NCBI RefSeq assembly: GCF_001457595.1 | Contig: NZ_LN831039.1 | Coordinates: forward strand, 5,430,001 to 5,462,000 | Origin: Mycolicibacterium smegmatis | GTDB taxonomy: Bacteria; Actinomycetota; Actinomycetes; Mycobacteriales; Mycobacteriaceae | DNA length: 32,000 bases | Direction of reading: 5' to 3' | Shown: positions 1-8,249 of the stretch, piece by piece | How the letters are laid out: the number at the start of each line of letters is the position of its first letter | How positions within the stretch are numbered: position 1 is the stretch's first letter | Made by a program: the position numbers and the translations under genes | Notes under the pieces: model-generated | The model's database searches: none | Told to the model about the DNA's origin: nothing | What the model saw: the letters and a program-made list of their open reading frames with translations, nothing else

Positions 1-61
1 TCACCGCGCTCTGGGCAGCGCGCAGCAACTTCTCGCGACGTTCGGCTCGGCTGACGGGCAC
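1..61 (-). CDS. TetR-family regulator, N-terminal fragment (runs off window start)
   Basis: Reverse strand from a GTG at 61 reads VPVSRAERREKLLRAAQSAV, the typical start of a TetR HTH; very short evidence. Confidence 0.4.
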   Translation of the reverse strand, partial: MPVSRAERREKLLRAAQSAV

Positions 62-208
62 AGCGCCATGCTGCCAACGATCCGCGACCGGCGCGCGCGT
101 TTTCCTGAACTCCGATGCAGTTTTTATCCAGCTTTTACATCGTGGTTGTCCCGCGCAGCGATAAACTTTCCTGAACTCGAATACAGGACTCGAAGGGAGC
201 GCAACCGC

Positions 209-550
209 ATGCCGACCCTGCTGTCTGCTCGACAACTCCTCATCGCCGCCGCGTTCGCGGCCGCCACGCTGGCTCCCGTTGCCGTGCCGTTCCAGGCCGC
301 CGCCGCGGAATGCCCCAGCGGAGAAGAAGGCGACCTGTACACCGGCACGTGTACGCCGGTTCTGGTCCCCAACTCCCCCGCGCCGGTCGCCATGCCCGCG
401 GCCAACGAGTGCCCGCCCGGTGTCACCGGTGCCGAGTGCCAGCCGTCCACCGGCAACGAGGCAGGCCCGGTCATGCCCCAGCTGCCCGGGCAGGTCGAGC
501 AGACGGGTCCTGAGGAAGAACTCCAGGACGTCGACACACCCGACTACTGA
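209..550 (+). CDS. Small secreted Cys/Pro-rich protein
   Basis: ORF 68..550; internal ATG at 209 preceded by GAAGGGAG SD; signal peptide MPTLLSARQLLIAAAFAAATLAPVAVPFQAAAA then short Cys/Pro-rich tail. Confidence 0.65.
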   Translation: MPTLLSARQLLIAAAFAAATLAPVAVPFQAAAAECPSGEEGDLYTGTCTPVLVPNSPAPVAMPAANECPPGVTGAECQPSTGNEAGPVMPQLPGQVEQTGPEEELQDVDTPDY

Positions 551-578
551 CGGCCACTTGCCGCCGGTTGCCACGCCG

Positions 579-635
579 CGAAACTGTAGTTGTCGAGCGG
601 TTGTTCGAGTAGTGCGCTCGACAACTACAGTTTCG
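579..635. repeat. Perfect 21-bp inverted repeat, 15-nt loop, between convergent genes
   Basis: CGAAACTGTAGTTGTCGAGCG (579-599) / CGCTCGACAACTACAGTTTCG (615-635). Confidence 0.9.
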
Positions 636-650
636 GTGGAGCGCTCAGCG

Positions 651-1259
651 CTACAGGCGCGCCAGGCCGACCGCGTGCCGAAGACCGGGAATTCCCAACC
701 ACTTCGGCAACGACACCGCGTCGTCCTTGGAGGTCCACACCCGCGGTGGGTCACTCTTGTCGGTGCGGTCGGCCGGCACCGCGTGACTCATCCGGAACCA
801 CTCCGATCCGGGACGGCATCCGGCGTTGAGGTACAGCCTGGGGTGATCGGCCAGGATCTGCAGGCCCGACCGGATGATGAACATCATGAAGACGATGTTG
901 AAGAAGTGCTGCCATCGCAGCCATGCCGGGAAACCCGTTGTGACAGGCTGGGCATAGCTCGCCGACGTGCCCGGATAGTGCGCGATGAAACTCTGCACCC
1001 AACCGTAGGTGCGTAACTGCATCGCGACCGCGACGATCACCGCCAGCGCGACGAGCGCACCCACGGCGAGCCAGGCGAAACTCACCCAGTGCCTCCCGAT
1101 GCGCACCGACGGCGCGTGCGCGGGCACCTGCGGGATGCCGCCGCAGAATTCGTCGACGTCGACGCGCTGCTGGAAGGTCGGTCGGGGCGAATGGTGGTCG
1201 AGCAGCGCGTGCAGCTGCGCCACGGTCGTCGTGCGGTGAATTCTCGGTGCGCTCGTCAC
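651..1259 (-). pseudogene. Truncated membrane cytochrome b/molybdopterin-oxidoreductase-type protein (N-terminal part only)
   Basis: TM segments and RSGLQILADHPRLYLN...RPGSEWFRM...WTSKDDAVSLPKWLGIPGLRHAVGLARL then stop; family members continue with further TM helices and a molybdopterin-binding domain. Confidence 0.55.
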
Positions 1260-1396
1260 GTCGCCACCTCCTGACCAACAGATGCTTCATCTGGAGAAAC
1301 GATCTGGGCCTGGGATGTGGCTGGATGACCGCTGAGCGTTCGGCAAAACACCGATGGGCCGGGATCCGCGGATCCCGGCCCATGGCGTCGTGCGAT

Positions 1397-2644
1397 CTAG
1401 GACGTGACGGCGACCTGCCCCCTATCGACCTTCTGCGGGCCCTTGCCGCCGGGGCGGATGTCGAAGTCGAAGATCTCGGTCGGCAGGAACACCGAACAAC
1501 ATGCGTTCGGGATGTCCACGACGCCGCCGATGCGGCCTTCGATCGGTGAGGTGCCCAGGATCAGGTAGGCCTGCTCGCCGGTGTAGCCCCACTTCTTCAG
1601 GTACTCGATGGCGTTGAGGCACGCGTTGCGGTACGCCATCGTCGCGTCCATGTAGGCGTTGCGATTCTCGGCGTGGTCCACCGAGATGCCGATGAACGTG
1701 AGCCATTCGGAGTAGAGCGGCTCGACGCGGCCCGGCATGAAGATGGGGTTGGTGGTGACGCCGTAGGTTTCCATGCCGCCCTTGATGAGGTCGACGTGCA
1801 TGTCGATGAACCCACCCATCTCGATGGCGCCACAGAAGTTGATCTCGCCGTCGCCCTGTGAGAAGTGCAGGTCGCCGCCGGAGAGCATGGCGCCTTCCAC
1901 GAACACCGGGTAGAAGATCCGGCTGCCCCGGGTGAAGTTCTTGATGTCGTGGTTGCCGCCGTTCTCACGCGGCGGCACGGTGCGGGCGCCGTCGTTGGCG
2001 ATGGCCTGCAGCAGATCACCCGAGGCCGTGCCGCCGAGCGTCCCGTCCACCAGCGGCGGCAGCGCCAGCGGCGGCACGCGGTCCGGATCGGTGGCGATCA
2101 GGGCACGTTCGCGCTCGTTCCATTTCGCGAGCAGATCCGGTGACGGCGCGGTGCCGAACAGCCCCGGGTGGGTGATGCCGGTGTAGCGCACCCCGGGCAC
2201 GTGCCGCGACGTGCACTGCTGACCGTGGAAGTCCCAGATCGCCTTGTAGGCGTCCGGGTAGTAGTCGGTGAGGAACCCGCCGCCGTTCACCTTCGCGAAG
2301 ATGCCTGAATAACCCCAGCCCTCACCGCAGTTCGGTCCGTTGGTCTGCGGCACCGGGCCGATGTCGAGGATGTCGACGATCAGCAGGTCGCCGGGCTCGG
2401 CACCTTCGACCTTGATCGGACCGGACAGCATGTGGCACGGCGCGAGGTCGACGTCACGAACGTCGTTGGCCGAGTCGTTGTTTCCGATCTGGCCGTCGGT
2501 CCACTCCTTGCACTCGATCCGGAACTCACTGCCGGGCTTGACCGTTGCGGCGGCCGGGATGTCGGGATGCCAGCGGTTGTGGCCGGGAACGGCCTGATCC
2601 CGCATGGATTTCGAATGGTCGACGCTGAAAACTACCTCGGGCAT
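1397..2644 (-). CDS. fmdA: Acetamidase/formamidase (FmdA/AmdA family)
   Basis: MPEVVFSVDHSKSMRDQAVPGHNRWHPDIPAAA...; ATG at 2644 with AAAGGGAG SD; strongly recognisable family sequence. Confidence 0.93.
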   Translation of the reverse strand: MPEVVFSVDHSKSMRDQAVPGHNRWHPDIPAAATVKPGSEFRIECKEWTDGQIGNNDSANDVRDVDLAPCHMLSGPIKVEGAEPGDLLIVDILDIGPVPQTNGPNCGEGWGYSGIFAKVNGGGFLTDYYPDAYKAIWDFHGQQCTSRHVPGVRYTGITHPGLFGTAPSPDLLAKWNERERALIATDPDRVPPLALPPLVDGTLGGTASGDLLQAIANDGARTVPPRENGGNHDIKNFTRGSRIFYPVFVEGAMLSGGDLHFSQGDGEINFCGAIEMGGFIDMHVDLIKGGMETYGVTTNPIFMPGRVEPLYSEWLTFIGISVDHAENRNAYMDATMAYRNACLNAIEYLKKWGYTGEQAYLILGTSPIEGRIGGVVDIPNACCSVFLPTEIFDFDIRPGGKGPQKVDRGQVAVTS

Positions 2645-2660
2645 GTGGACTCCCTTTCTC

Positions 2661-3302
2661 TTATCGGGTGGTGGCCGCGAGCGCGGCCGGTGGAGGGTTG
2701 GTGACTGACGGCGCTGCGAGACGGCGCCCGATGGGGTATGCGAGAACAACTGCGGCAAAACCGATCACGGCGATGACCGCGGCGGGGAGCGGGCCGGTTT
2801 CCCAGTTGCCCGACACGATCAGGAAGGCCGGCACGGCGGCGGTGATCACGCCTTCGGCCACCGCGACGAACCCGACGGCGGGCCCCAGTGCGTCGTGCCC
2901 CAGGCCGAGCAGCAGGAACAGCATGAACCACAGCACTGCCCACAGCAGCCAGATCACCCCGAACGCCGGGTCGGCCTCGGCGGTGAACGCGTGCCACGAG
3001 TAGCCGAGTGCGGCGATCGCGACGAACAGCGAGAACCATCCGAGACCTTCTCCGTCCCAGTCGGTCACGTTGTTGATGGCCACCCACAGGTAGGTGAAGC
3101 CGAACAGGTAGAGCCCGGAGGCCGCGAAGATCACGGCCGCGTCTCCGCCGGACTGCAGGATCAGCACCGTAGGCGTCACCACCTGCAGTCCGCCGACGAA
3201 GAAGTTCAGCGGTGTTGCGCCTCGTGGGCTGATGCGGCCCAGCAGCATCAGCCCGTCGATGATGAGCACCGCACCCACGTAGAAGAGCCCGACGCCACCC
3301 AT
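2661..3302 (-). CDS. amiS: AmiS/UreI-family amide/urea channel
   Basis: MGGVGLFYVGAVLIIDGLMLLGRI..., multiple TM helices, immediately upstream of the amidase. Confidence 0.9.
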   Translation of the reverse strand: MGGVGLFYVGAVLIIDGLMLLGRISPRGATPLNFFVGGLQVVTPTVLILQSGGDAAVIFAASGLYLFGFTYLWVAINNVTDWDGEGLGWFSLFVAIAALGYSWHAFTAEADPAFGVIWLLWAVLWFMLFLLLGLGHDALGPAVGFVAVAEGVITAAVPAFLIVSGNWETGPLPAAVIAVIGFAAVVLAYPIGRRLAAPSVTNPPPAALAATTR

Positions 3303-3306
3303 GTCG

Positions 3307-3591
3307 CTAGTACCTCGGCAGACTCGGTAGACCGGGATTGCGGCGCGGGGCCCGCGGGCGGTCCGCGCCTGCGGGAATCGACTTCACCACCGTGGGACTT
3401 TCGGCGCTCGCGGACGCCGCGTCGAATGCGCGGTGATGTCCCGCGGTGAATGTCGTCAGCCCTACCGAACCGAAGACCCGGCGCGCCGGCGTCCGGCACT
3501 CCGGACAGGTCGCCGCCGCATCGCGCTCGGAGATCGCGCAGGTGAGATCGAAGGGACCGCAGTGGGAACAACGGAATGTGTAGGTCGGCAT
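3307..3591 (-). CDS. fmdB: FmdB-like zinc-ribbon protein
   Basis: MPTYTFRCSHCGPFDLTC...CPECRTPARRVFG; two CxxC motifs; SD AAAGGGG before ATG 3591. Confidence 0.88.
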   Translation of the reverse strand: MPTYTFRCSHCGPFDLTCAISERDAAATCPECRTPARRVFGSVGLTTFTAGHHRAFDAASASAESPTVVKSIPAGADRPRAPRRNPGLPSLPRY

Positions 3592-3615
3592 GGTCACCCC
3601 TTTCCATTCACCCGA

Positions 3616-3643
3616 AATATATCCAGATGAAAATAAAAGTCAA
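3616..3643 (-). promoter_or_regulatory. Sigma70-type promoter for fmdB-amiS-fmdA
   Basis: Reverse strand TTGACT (3643-3638), 16-nt spacer, TATATT (3621-3616), in an AT-rich patch just before the SD. Confidence 0.6.
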
Positions 3644-3652
3644 GGGTGAACG

Positions 3653-3669
3653 CCCGCGCCGGGCGCGGG
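3653..3669. repeat. GC hairpin between marR-like gene and fmdB
   Basis: CCCGCGCC-G-GGCGCGGG; 8-bp arms with a 1-nt centre. Confidence 0.5.
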
Positions 3670-3672
3670 TGG

Positions 3673-4101
3673 TTACGAAGTCAAATTCGAGGTGGTGTCG
3701 ACGAGTTCGCGCAACTGGTCGACGTCCAGCCCGCACGATTCAAAAGCCGCACACTCGGCCTCGGCTACCGCGTCCACCAGGCGGTTGCGCAGCGTCCGCC
3801 CCCGCGGGGTCAACGCCACGAGCACCCGCCGGCGGTCATGCAGATCGGCAGTCCGGTAGATGATCCCTTGCGACACAAGGCGATCGACGGTTCTGGTGAG
3901 AGTCGGACCCGTGATCAGCGTGGCCTGCGCGAGATCGCTCATGGGCACGGTGCGCCGTCCGGCCAACTCGTCGAGCACGCGCCAGTCCTCGATCTTGAGC
4001 GACGAGTCCGCGAGCACGCGTTCGATCGCCGACTCCGCGAGGTGGGTCAGACGCACCAACGGCAGCAGGAGGTTGGGGCGGCGCTGCTGTCCGGCGGCCA
4101 T
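3673..4101 (-). CDS. MarR-family transcriptional regulator of the amidase locus
   Basis: Winged-helix pattern ...LITGPTLTRTVDRLVSQGIIYRTADLHDRRRVLVALTPRG. Confidence 0.9.
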   Translation of the reverse strand: MAAGQQRRPNLLLPLVRLTHLAESAIERVLADSSLKIEDWRVLDELAGRRTVPMSDLAQATLITGPTLTRTVDRLVSQGIIYRTADLHDRRRVLVALTPRGRTLRNRLVDAVAEAECAAFESCGLDVDQLRELVDTTSNLTS

Positions 4102-4203
4102 GGTGGGTGTCTCCTCGTGTCGACGGCGGGGTCTGTTCAGAATGAATTATTTCTGCTAGAAAGCTTTGAAGCGCAGACTACACGGGATCGACGGTGATCT
4201 GGA

Positions 4204-5277
4204 GTGCAGGACGGCGAGGTTGAGTTCCGCGTCGGGCTGGTGATTCCGCTTCAAGGGCCAGCGGGAATCTTCGCGCCTTCGTGCGAGGCCGTGGCCGAGC
4301 TCGCGGCCAAGGAGGTCAACGACCGAGGCGGCCTGCAGGGCCGCAAGGTCACCATCGAGGTGCTCGACGGCGGAGCGCCCGGCGACGACGTCGCCCGGAC
4401 CGTCGCCGACCGGTTGCGAGGTCACGGTCTCGACGCCGTGACCGGCTGGCACATCTCGGCCGTGCGCAACCGCATCTCCCCGGTGGTCCGCGACCGCATC
4501 CCGTACGTCTACACCTCGTTGTACGAGGGCGGTGAACGCACACCGGGCGTGTTCTGCACAGGCGAGACACCGCAGATCCAGATCGCGCCCGCGCTCGCCT
4601 GGCTGCGCGACCACTTCGGCATCCGGTCCTGGTGCCTGGTCGGCGATGACTACATCTGGCCGCGCCGTTCCGCCGCGGCCGCCCGCGCGTACTGCCGAGA
4701 TCTGGACCTCGAGCTCAGACGGGAGATCTACGTCCCGTACGGCACCGACGATTTCCGCGCACCTGTCCGCAAGGCCATCGCGTCGGGGGCGCAGGCCGTG
4801 TTGATGCTGCTCGTCGGCCAGGACGCCGTGTTGTTCAACCGCGAGTTCGCGCGCGCCGGCGGGCACGACCGCATGGCGCGGTTCAGCCCGCTGATGGAGG
4901 AGAACATGCTGCTGGCCAGCGGCGCCGGCTCCACCGAAAACCTCTATGTCGCCGCGGCGTACTTCAGTTCACTGGCCACCGCGGGTGCCATGGACCTGAT
5001 GGGCAGCTACGTCGCCCGCTACGGCGCCGACGCGCCACCGCTCAACGCGATGGCCGAATCCTGTTACGAGGGTCTGCTTGCGCTCGAGGCCATCTTCCAG
5101 CGGGCCCACTCCCCCGAGATACCGGACCTGATGGCATCCGCGCACGATGTCGGGTTCGACGGGCCCCGGGGCCCGATGTGTATGCGCGACAGTCAATTCG
5201 ACCAGCAGGTCTACATCGCCAGCGCCGACGGCTACGACTTCGACATCCTCGACACGCTGACGACGCTCGACGCTTGA
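4204..5277 (+). CDS. AmiC/FmdD/UrtA-like amide-binding periplasmic-binding-fold protein without signal peptide
   Basis: FRVGLVIPLQGPAGIFAPSCEAVAELAAKEVNDRGGLQGRKV...; GTG start; no leader sequence; divergent to the amidase operon. Confidence 0.85.
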   Translation: MQDGEVEFRVGLVIPLQGPAGIFAPSCEAVAELAAKEVNDRGGLQGRKVTIEVLDGGAPGDDVARTVADRLRGHGLDAVTGWHISAVRNRISPVVRDRIPYVYTSLYEGGERTPGVFCTGETPQIQIAPALAWLRDHFGIRSWCLVGDDYIWPRRSAAAARAYCRDLDLELRREIYVPYGTDDFRAPVRKAIASGAQAVLMLLVGQDAVLFNREFARAGGHDRMARFSPLMEENMLLASGAGSTENLYVAAAYFSSLATAGAMDLMGSYVARYGADAPPLNAMAESCYEGLLALEAIFQRAHSPEIPDLMASAHDVGFDGPRGPMCMRDSQFDQQVYIASADGYDFDILDTLTTLDA

Positions 5278-5284
5278 GACCGCG

Positions 5285-5890
5285 TCACTTCCCCATCCCC
5301 ACCGCCATGAGTACGACTTCGGTGAGGCGGTCGAGATAGTCGTCGTCGGCCGTCGTCTGGAGGATCGACTGCCGCCAGTAAAGCGCGCCGGCCAGGACGT
5401 CGAGCGCGACGTCGATATCGGCGTCGGGAGCGATCTCGCCGCGTTCGATGGCACGCTCGAAGATGTGAGATCCCCTGCCACGCCGTGGTTCCCGGATCAG
5501 ATCCGTCAGCAGGGCGCCGTACTCGGGATCCCGGACCGCTTCTGCGATCAAATCGGGAATGATCTTGCGCGCCAGGCGGTGTGTAAGCGCCTCCCTGCCG
5601 TTGCGGAGGTATTCGCGGATGTCGCCGCGCAGCGACCCGGTGTCGGGCACGTCGATCGCGGTGACGGCGACCTTGGCGACCAGATCGGCGGCCAGCGCCT
5701 GTTTCGACCGCCAACGGCGGTAGATCGCGGCCTTGCCCACGCCGGCACGCCGGGCCACCGCGTCGACCGACAGCCGGCCGTAACCCACGGCGGCCAGTTC
5801 TTCGAAGAACGCCTTCTCGATGGCGGTGGTGACGTCGTCGAGCAGCACCGGACCGCCGGAGGTGCGTCGCGGTGCGGATTTCTCGGCCAC
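5285..5890 (-). CDS. TetR-family transcriptional regulator
   Basis: AIEKAFFEELAAVGYGRLSVDAVARRAGVGKAAIYRRWRSKQAL HTH. Confidence 0.92.
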   Translation of the reverse strand: MAEKSAPRRTSGGPVLLDDVTTAIEKAFFEELAAVGYGRLSVDAVARRAGVGKAAIYRRWRSKQALAADLVAKVAVTAIDVPDTGSLRGDIREYLRNGREALTHRLARKIIPDLIAEAVRDPEYGALLTDLIREPRRGRGSHIFERAIERGEIAPDADIDVALDVLAGALYWRQSILQTTADDDYLDRLTEVVLMAVGMGK

Positions 5891-5906
5891 GCGGCGATCC
5901 TATAAG

Positions 5907-5926
5907 ACGGAACGGTTGCGTTCCGT
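5907..5926. promoter_or_regulatory. Probable TetR operator
   Basis: ACGGAACG-GTTG-CGTTCCGT perfect 8-bp arms between divergent tetR and hydrolase; related half-site GTTCCGTTTCGTT at 5961-5973. Confidence 0.65.
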
Positions 5927-5984
5927 TGAGCGCGCGCGCATACTCAATCGAGACGATGCAGTTCCGTTTCGTTAAGGAGTGGTG

Positions 5985-7181
5985 ATGAAGTTCCTGTTCG
6001 ACGACGAATCCTTCTCGTTCGAGACTCTGCGGGCGGCCGGATACGCCAACTACGGCGGCGCTGACCTGGGCGATGTCCTGGTCACGGCCCGGGCCATCCC
6101 CGAGGGTGACGAGCAAGCCTGGTTCCGGGAGTGGAAGGCCACAGCCGAACGCGTCGAGGCGCTGGGCCGCCGGTCGCAGGCGGCCGGTCACACGGTGAGC
6201 GCACGGGAGGCGCTGCTGCGGGCTTCGAACTACTACCGCACCGCGGAGTTCTACCGTCGCGAAAACCCCTGGGAGGATGCCGAAGCCCTGGAGACGTTCA
6301 ATCGATCCCGCACCACGTTCCTCGACGCGATGGCGTTGTTCGACTTCGGATTCGAGCGCGTGGCAATACCGTACGAGGACACCACCCTGCCCGGATACCT
6401 CTACCTGGTGGACGACCGCCCGCGGCCGACCGTGATCTTCAACGGCGGGTACGACTCAACCCTCGAAGAGTCCTACGTCGCGCTGGCCGCGGCCGCCCTG
6501 GCGCGCGGGTACCACGTGCTGGCTTTCGACGGCCCCGGACAGGGTGCGGCGCTGCGCGAGCAGCGGTTGACCTTCCGCCACGACTGGGAGGCGGTGCTGA
6601 CACCGGTGGTGGACTTCGCGCTCACCCGATCCGAGATCGCGCCCGATGCGATCACGGTGTTCGGCTACAGCATGGGAGGTTTCCTGGTGGCACGAGCGGC
6701 CGCCTTCGAAGACCGCTTCGCCGCCGTCGTCGTCGACGACGGGATCTACGACTTCCACTCGGCCATGGCCAAGGTCATGCCGCCGTTCCTCGCCGAATGG
6801 GTCGAGCAGGGCAACGACGACGACGCGAATGCCGTTTTCAGACTGATGATGTCGACCGGCACGGGCCTTCGATGGATCATGCAGAACGGCATGTGGAACT
6901 TCGGGCTCGACTCCCCCGCCGCACTGGCGCGGGCTTTCCGCGCCTACACGTTGGACGGCATCGCCGACCGGATCACCGCCCCGGTACTCGTGCTCGACGC
7001 CGAGAACGACCAGTTCTTCGACCACGAACCCGAGCGGGCTGCCGCGGCGATGGTCAACGCGAAGACCACCCTGGTGACGCTCTACGAAGCCGACGGCGCA
7101 GGCGAACACTGCCACCTCGGCGCAGTGCACCGAGCGCATCAGGTCGTGTTCGACTGGCTCGACGAAATCGTCGGCGGGTAA
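5985..7181 (+). CDS. Alpha/beta hydrolase (dipeptidyl-aminopeptidase/acylaminoacyl-type)
   Basis: FNGGYDSTLEESY...GPGQGAALRE...VFGYSMGGFLVARAA (GxSxG); ATG 5985. Confidence 0.88.
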   Translation: MKFLFDDESFSFETLRAAGYANYGGADLGDVLVTARAIPEGDEQAWFREWKATAERVEALGRRSQAAGHTVSAREALLRASNYYRTAEFYRRENPWEDAEALETFNRSRTTFLDAMALFDFGFERVAIPYEDTTLPGYLYLVDDRPRPTVIFNGGYDSTLEESYVALAAAALARGYHVLAFDGPGQGAALREQRLTFRHDWEAVLTPVVDFALTRSEIAPDAITVFGYSMGGFLVARAAAFEDRFAAVVVDDGIYDFHSAMAKVMPPFLAEWVEQGNDDDANAVFRLMMSTGTGLRWIMQNGMWNFGLDSPAALARAFRAYTLDGIADRITAPVLVLDAENDQFFDHEPERAAAAMVNAKTTLVTLYEADGAGEHCHLGAVHRAHQVVFDWLDEIVGG

Positions 7182-7188
7182 CCGAGGT

Positions 7189-7524
7189 TCAGGGACGTCC
7201 GCGCTTGGGTGTCTGTCCGGCCACGCCGTGGCGCAGCGGCGTGTTCGCCTCTGCCGCGGTGGATTCCTGCACCTGCGACCCGCCCGCTGTCGACTCGGTG
7301 TCAGGGGCGCGTTGCGGGTCGCCGGACGATGGCTCGGCACCGTCCTCCAGTTCCCGCATACGGGCCTCCACGATCTCCAGAACCGGCACCCGCGCGGCAT
7401 GCCCGGCCTCATAGGTCAAGATCGCCTCGACCTGATCCTTGGACAACGACCGCACCTTGTGCTGGATGTCGCCCAGCGCCATCTCGTCGTAATTCGGCAG
7501 GGGCAGTTCGGCGGACATGTTCAC
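7189..7524 (-). CDS. Conserved actinobacterial small protein (LPLPNYDEMALGDIQHKVRSL type)
   Basis: Recognisable short conserved domain followed by a disordered tail. Confidence 0.65.
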   Translation of the reverse strand: MNMSAELPLPNYDEMALGDIQHKVRSLSKDQVEAILTYEAGHAARVPVLEIVEARMRELEDGAEPSSGDPQRAPDTESTAGGSQVQESTAAEANTPLRHGVAGQTPKRGRP

Positions 7525-7868
7525 TCCTCGACCACGGTGTAGAGCGATTCGCCGTCCTCAGGCGCGCCGTCGACCTGACCGCGGTGGCGGCCTGCGCCCT
7601 CGGCGCGTTCGGTGTCCGCATCCGGAGTGCCGACCGCGTCGGTCACGTCGGGTTCCTCGGCGGCCAGCCGGTCGTCGAGGGACTCGCCCTCGCGCTCCTC
7701 TTCGGCGGTCATGCCGTGCTTGTCCGCTGCGCTCCAGTCGTCGGGCGGGTCGACGACCTCGTCGCCGTCGTCGTTGAGCACATCGTCGGAATCAGTGGAT
7801 TCCATGGGGCTCAGCATGTCGTCGGCGCCGCCCAGATCGTTGGCGCTCACGCTGTCATCGGTGCTCAT
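7521..7868 (-). CDS. Acidic DUF5709-like protein
   Basis: DDMLSPMESTDSDDVLNDDGDEVVDPPDDWSAADKHGMTAEEEREGESLDDRLAAEEPD; stop/start overlap with 7189..7524. Confidence 0.75.
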   Translation of the reverse strand: MSTDDSVSANDLGGADDMLSPMESTDSDDVLNDDGDEVVDPPDDWSAADKHGMTAEEEREGESLDDRLAAEEPDVTDAVGTPDADTERAEGAGRHRGQVDGAPEDGESLYTVVEE

Positions 7869-7930
7869 CTTCGTCTCCTGACCTCATCGGTTCAGACGAA
7901 GCGATAGCCATCCGGCGAACGCGTGAAACC

Positions 7931-8161
7931 TCAGGAGTCGGGGAAGTCGATCAGGCCATCATTGCGTGCGTCGACGACGACGTGTTCCCAGCCGATTACC
8001 GCGGCCGCGATCACCGAGATGGCCGCAGCGAACGCCGCGAGCGATGCAGGCGTCGTCCACTGCGCGCTCGCGGCGGCCGCGAGCAAGAGCAGTGCGAAAG
8101 CGCCGGCGAGCACCAGTCGGGTGCGCCTCGCGCCCCGCGGTGATCTGAACAGCGTGGTCAT
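7931..8161 (-). CDS. Small membrane protein
   Basis: Two hydrophobic segments: RLVLAGAFALLLLAAAASA and ASLAAFAAAISVIAAAVIGW. Confidence 0.55.
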   Translation of the reverse strand: MTTLFRSPRGARRTRLVLAGAFALLLLAAAASAQWTTPASLAAFAAAISVIAAAVIGWEHVVVDARNDGLIDFPDS

Positions 8162-8249
8162 GAAACCACTGTTCCGGGACGTTCTGAGGAGGGTTGAAGC
8201 GTTTCCTGTGAAATCGCCATGGACATGCTACGAAGGTGCCCCCGCTATC

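Noticed and set aside
5232-6191. 319-aa minus-strand ORF spanning tetR and the hydrolase start
   Set aside because: Overlaps two divergent genes with real motifs and a likely operator region; translation has no family resemblance.
6131-7414. 427-aa plus-strand ORF
   Set aside because: Alternative frame of the alpha/beta hydrolase whose GYSMGG motif is in the other frame.
7923-8249. N-terminal extension of the GH16 ORF
   Set aside because: Overlaps the antisense small membrane gene; the Tat-like leader begins at GTG 8250.
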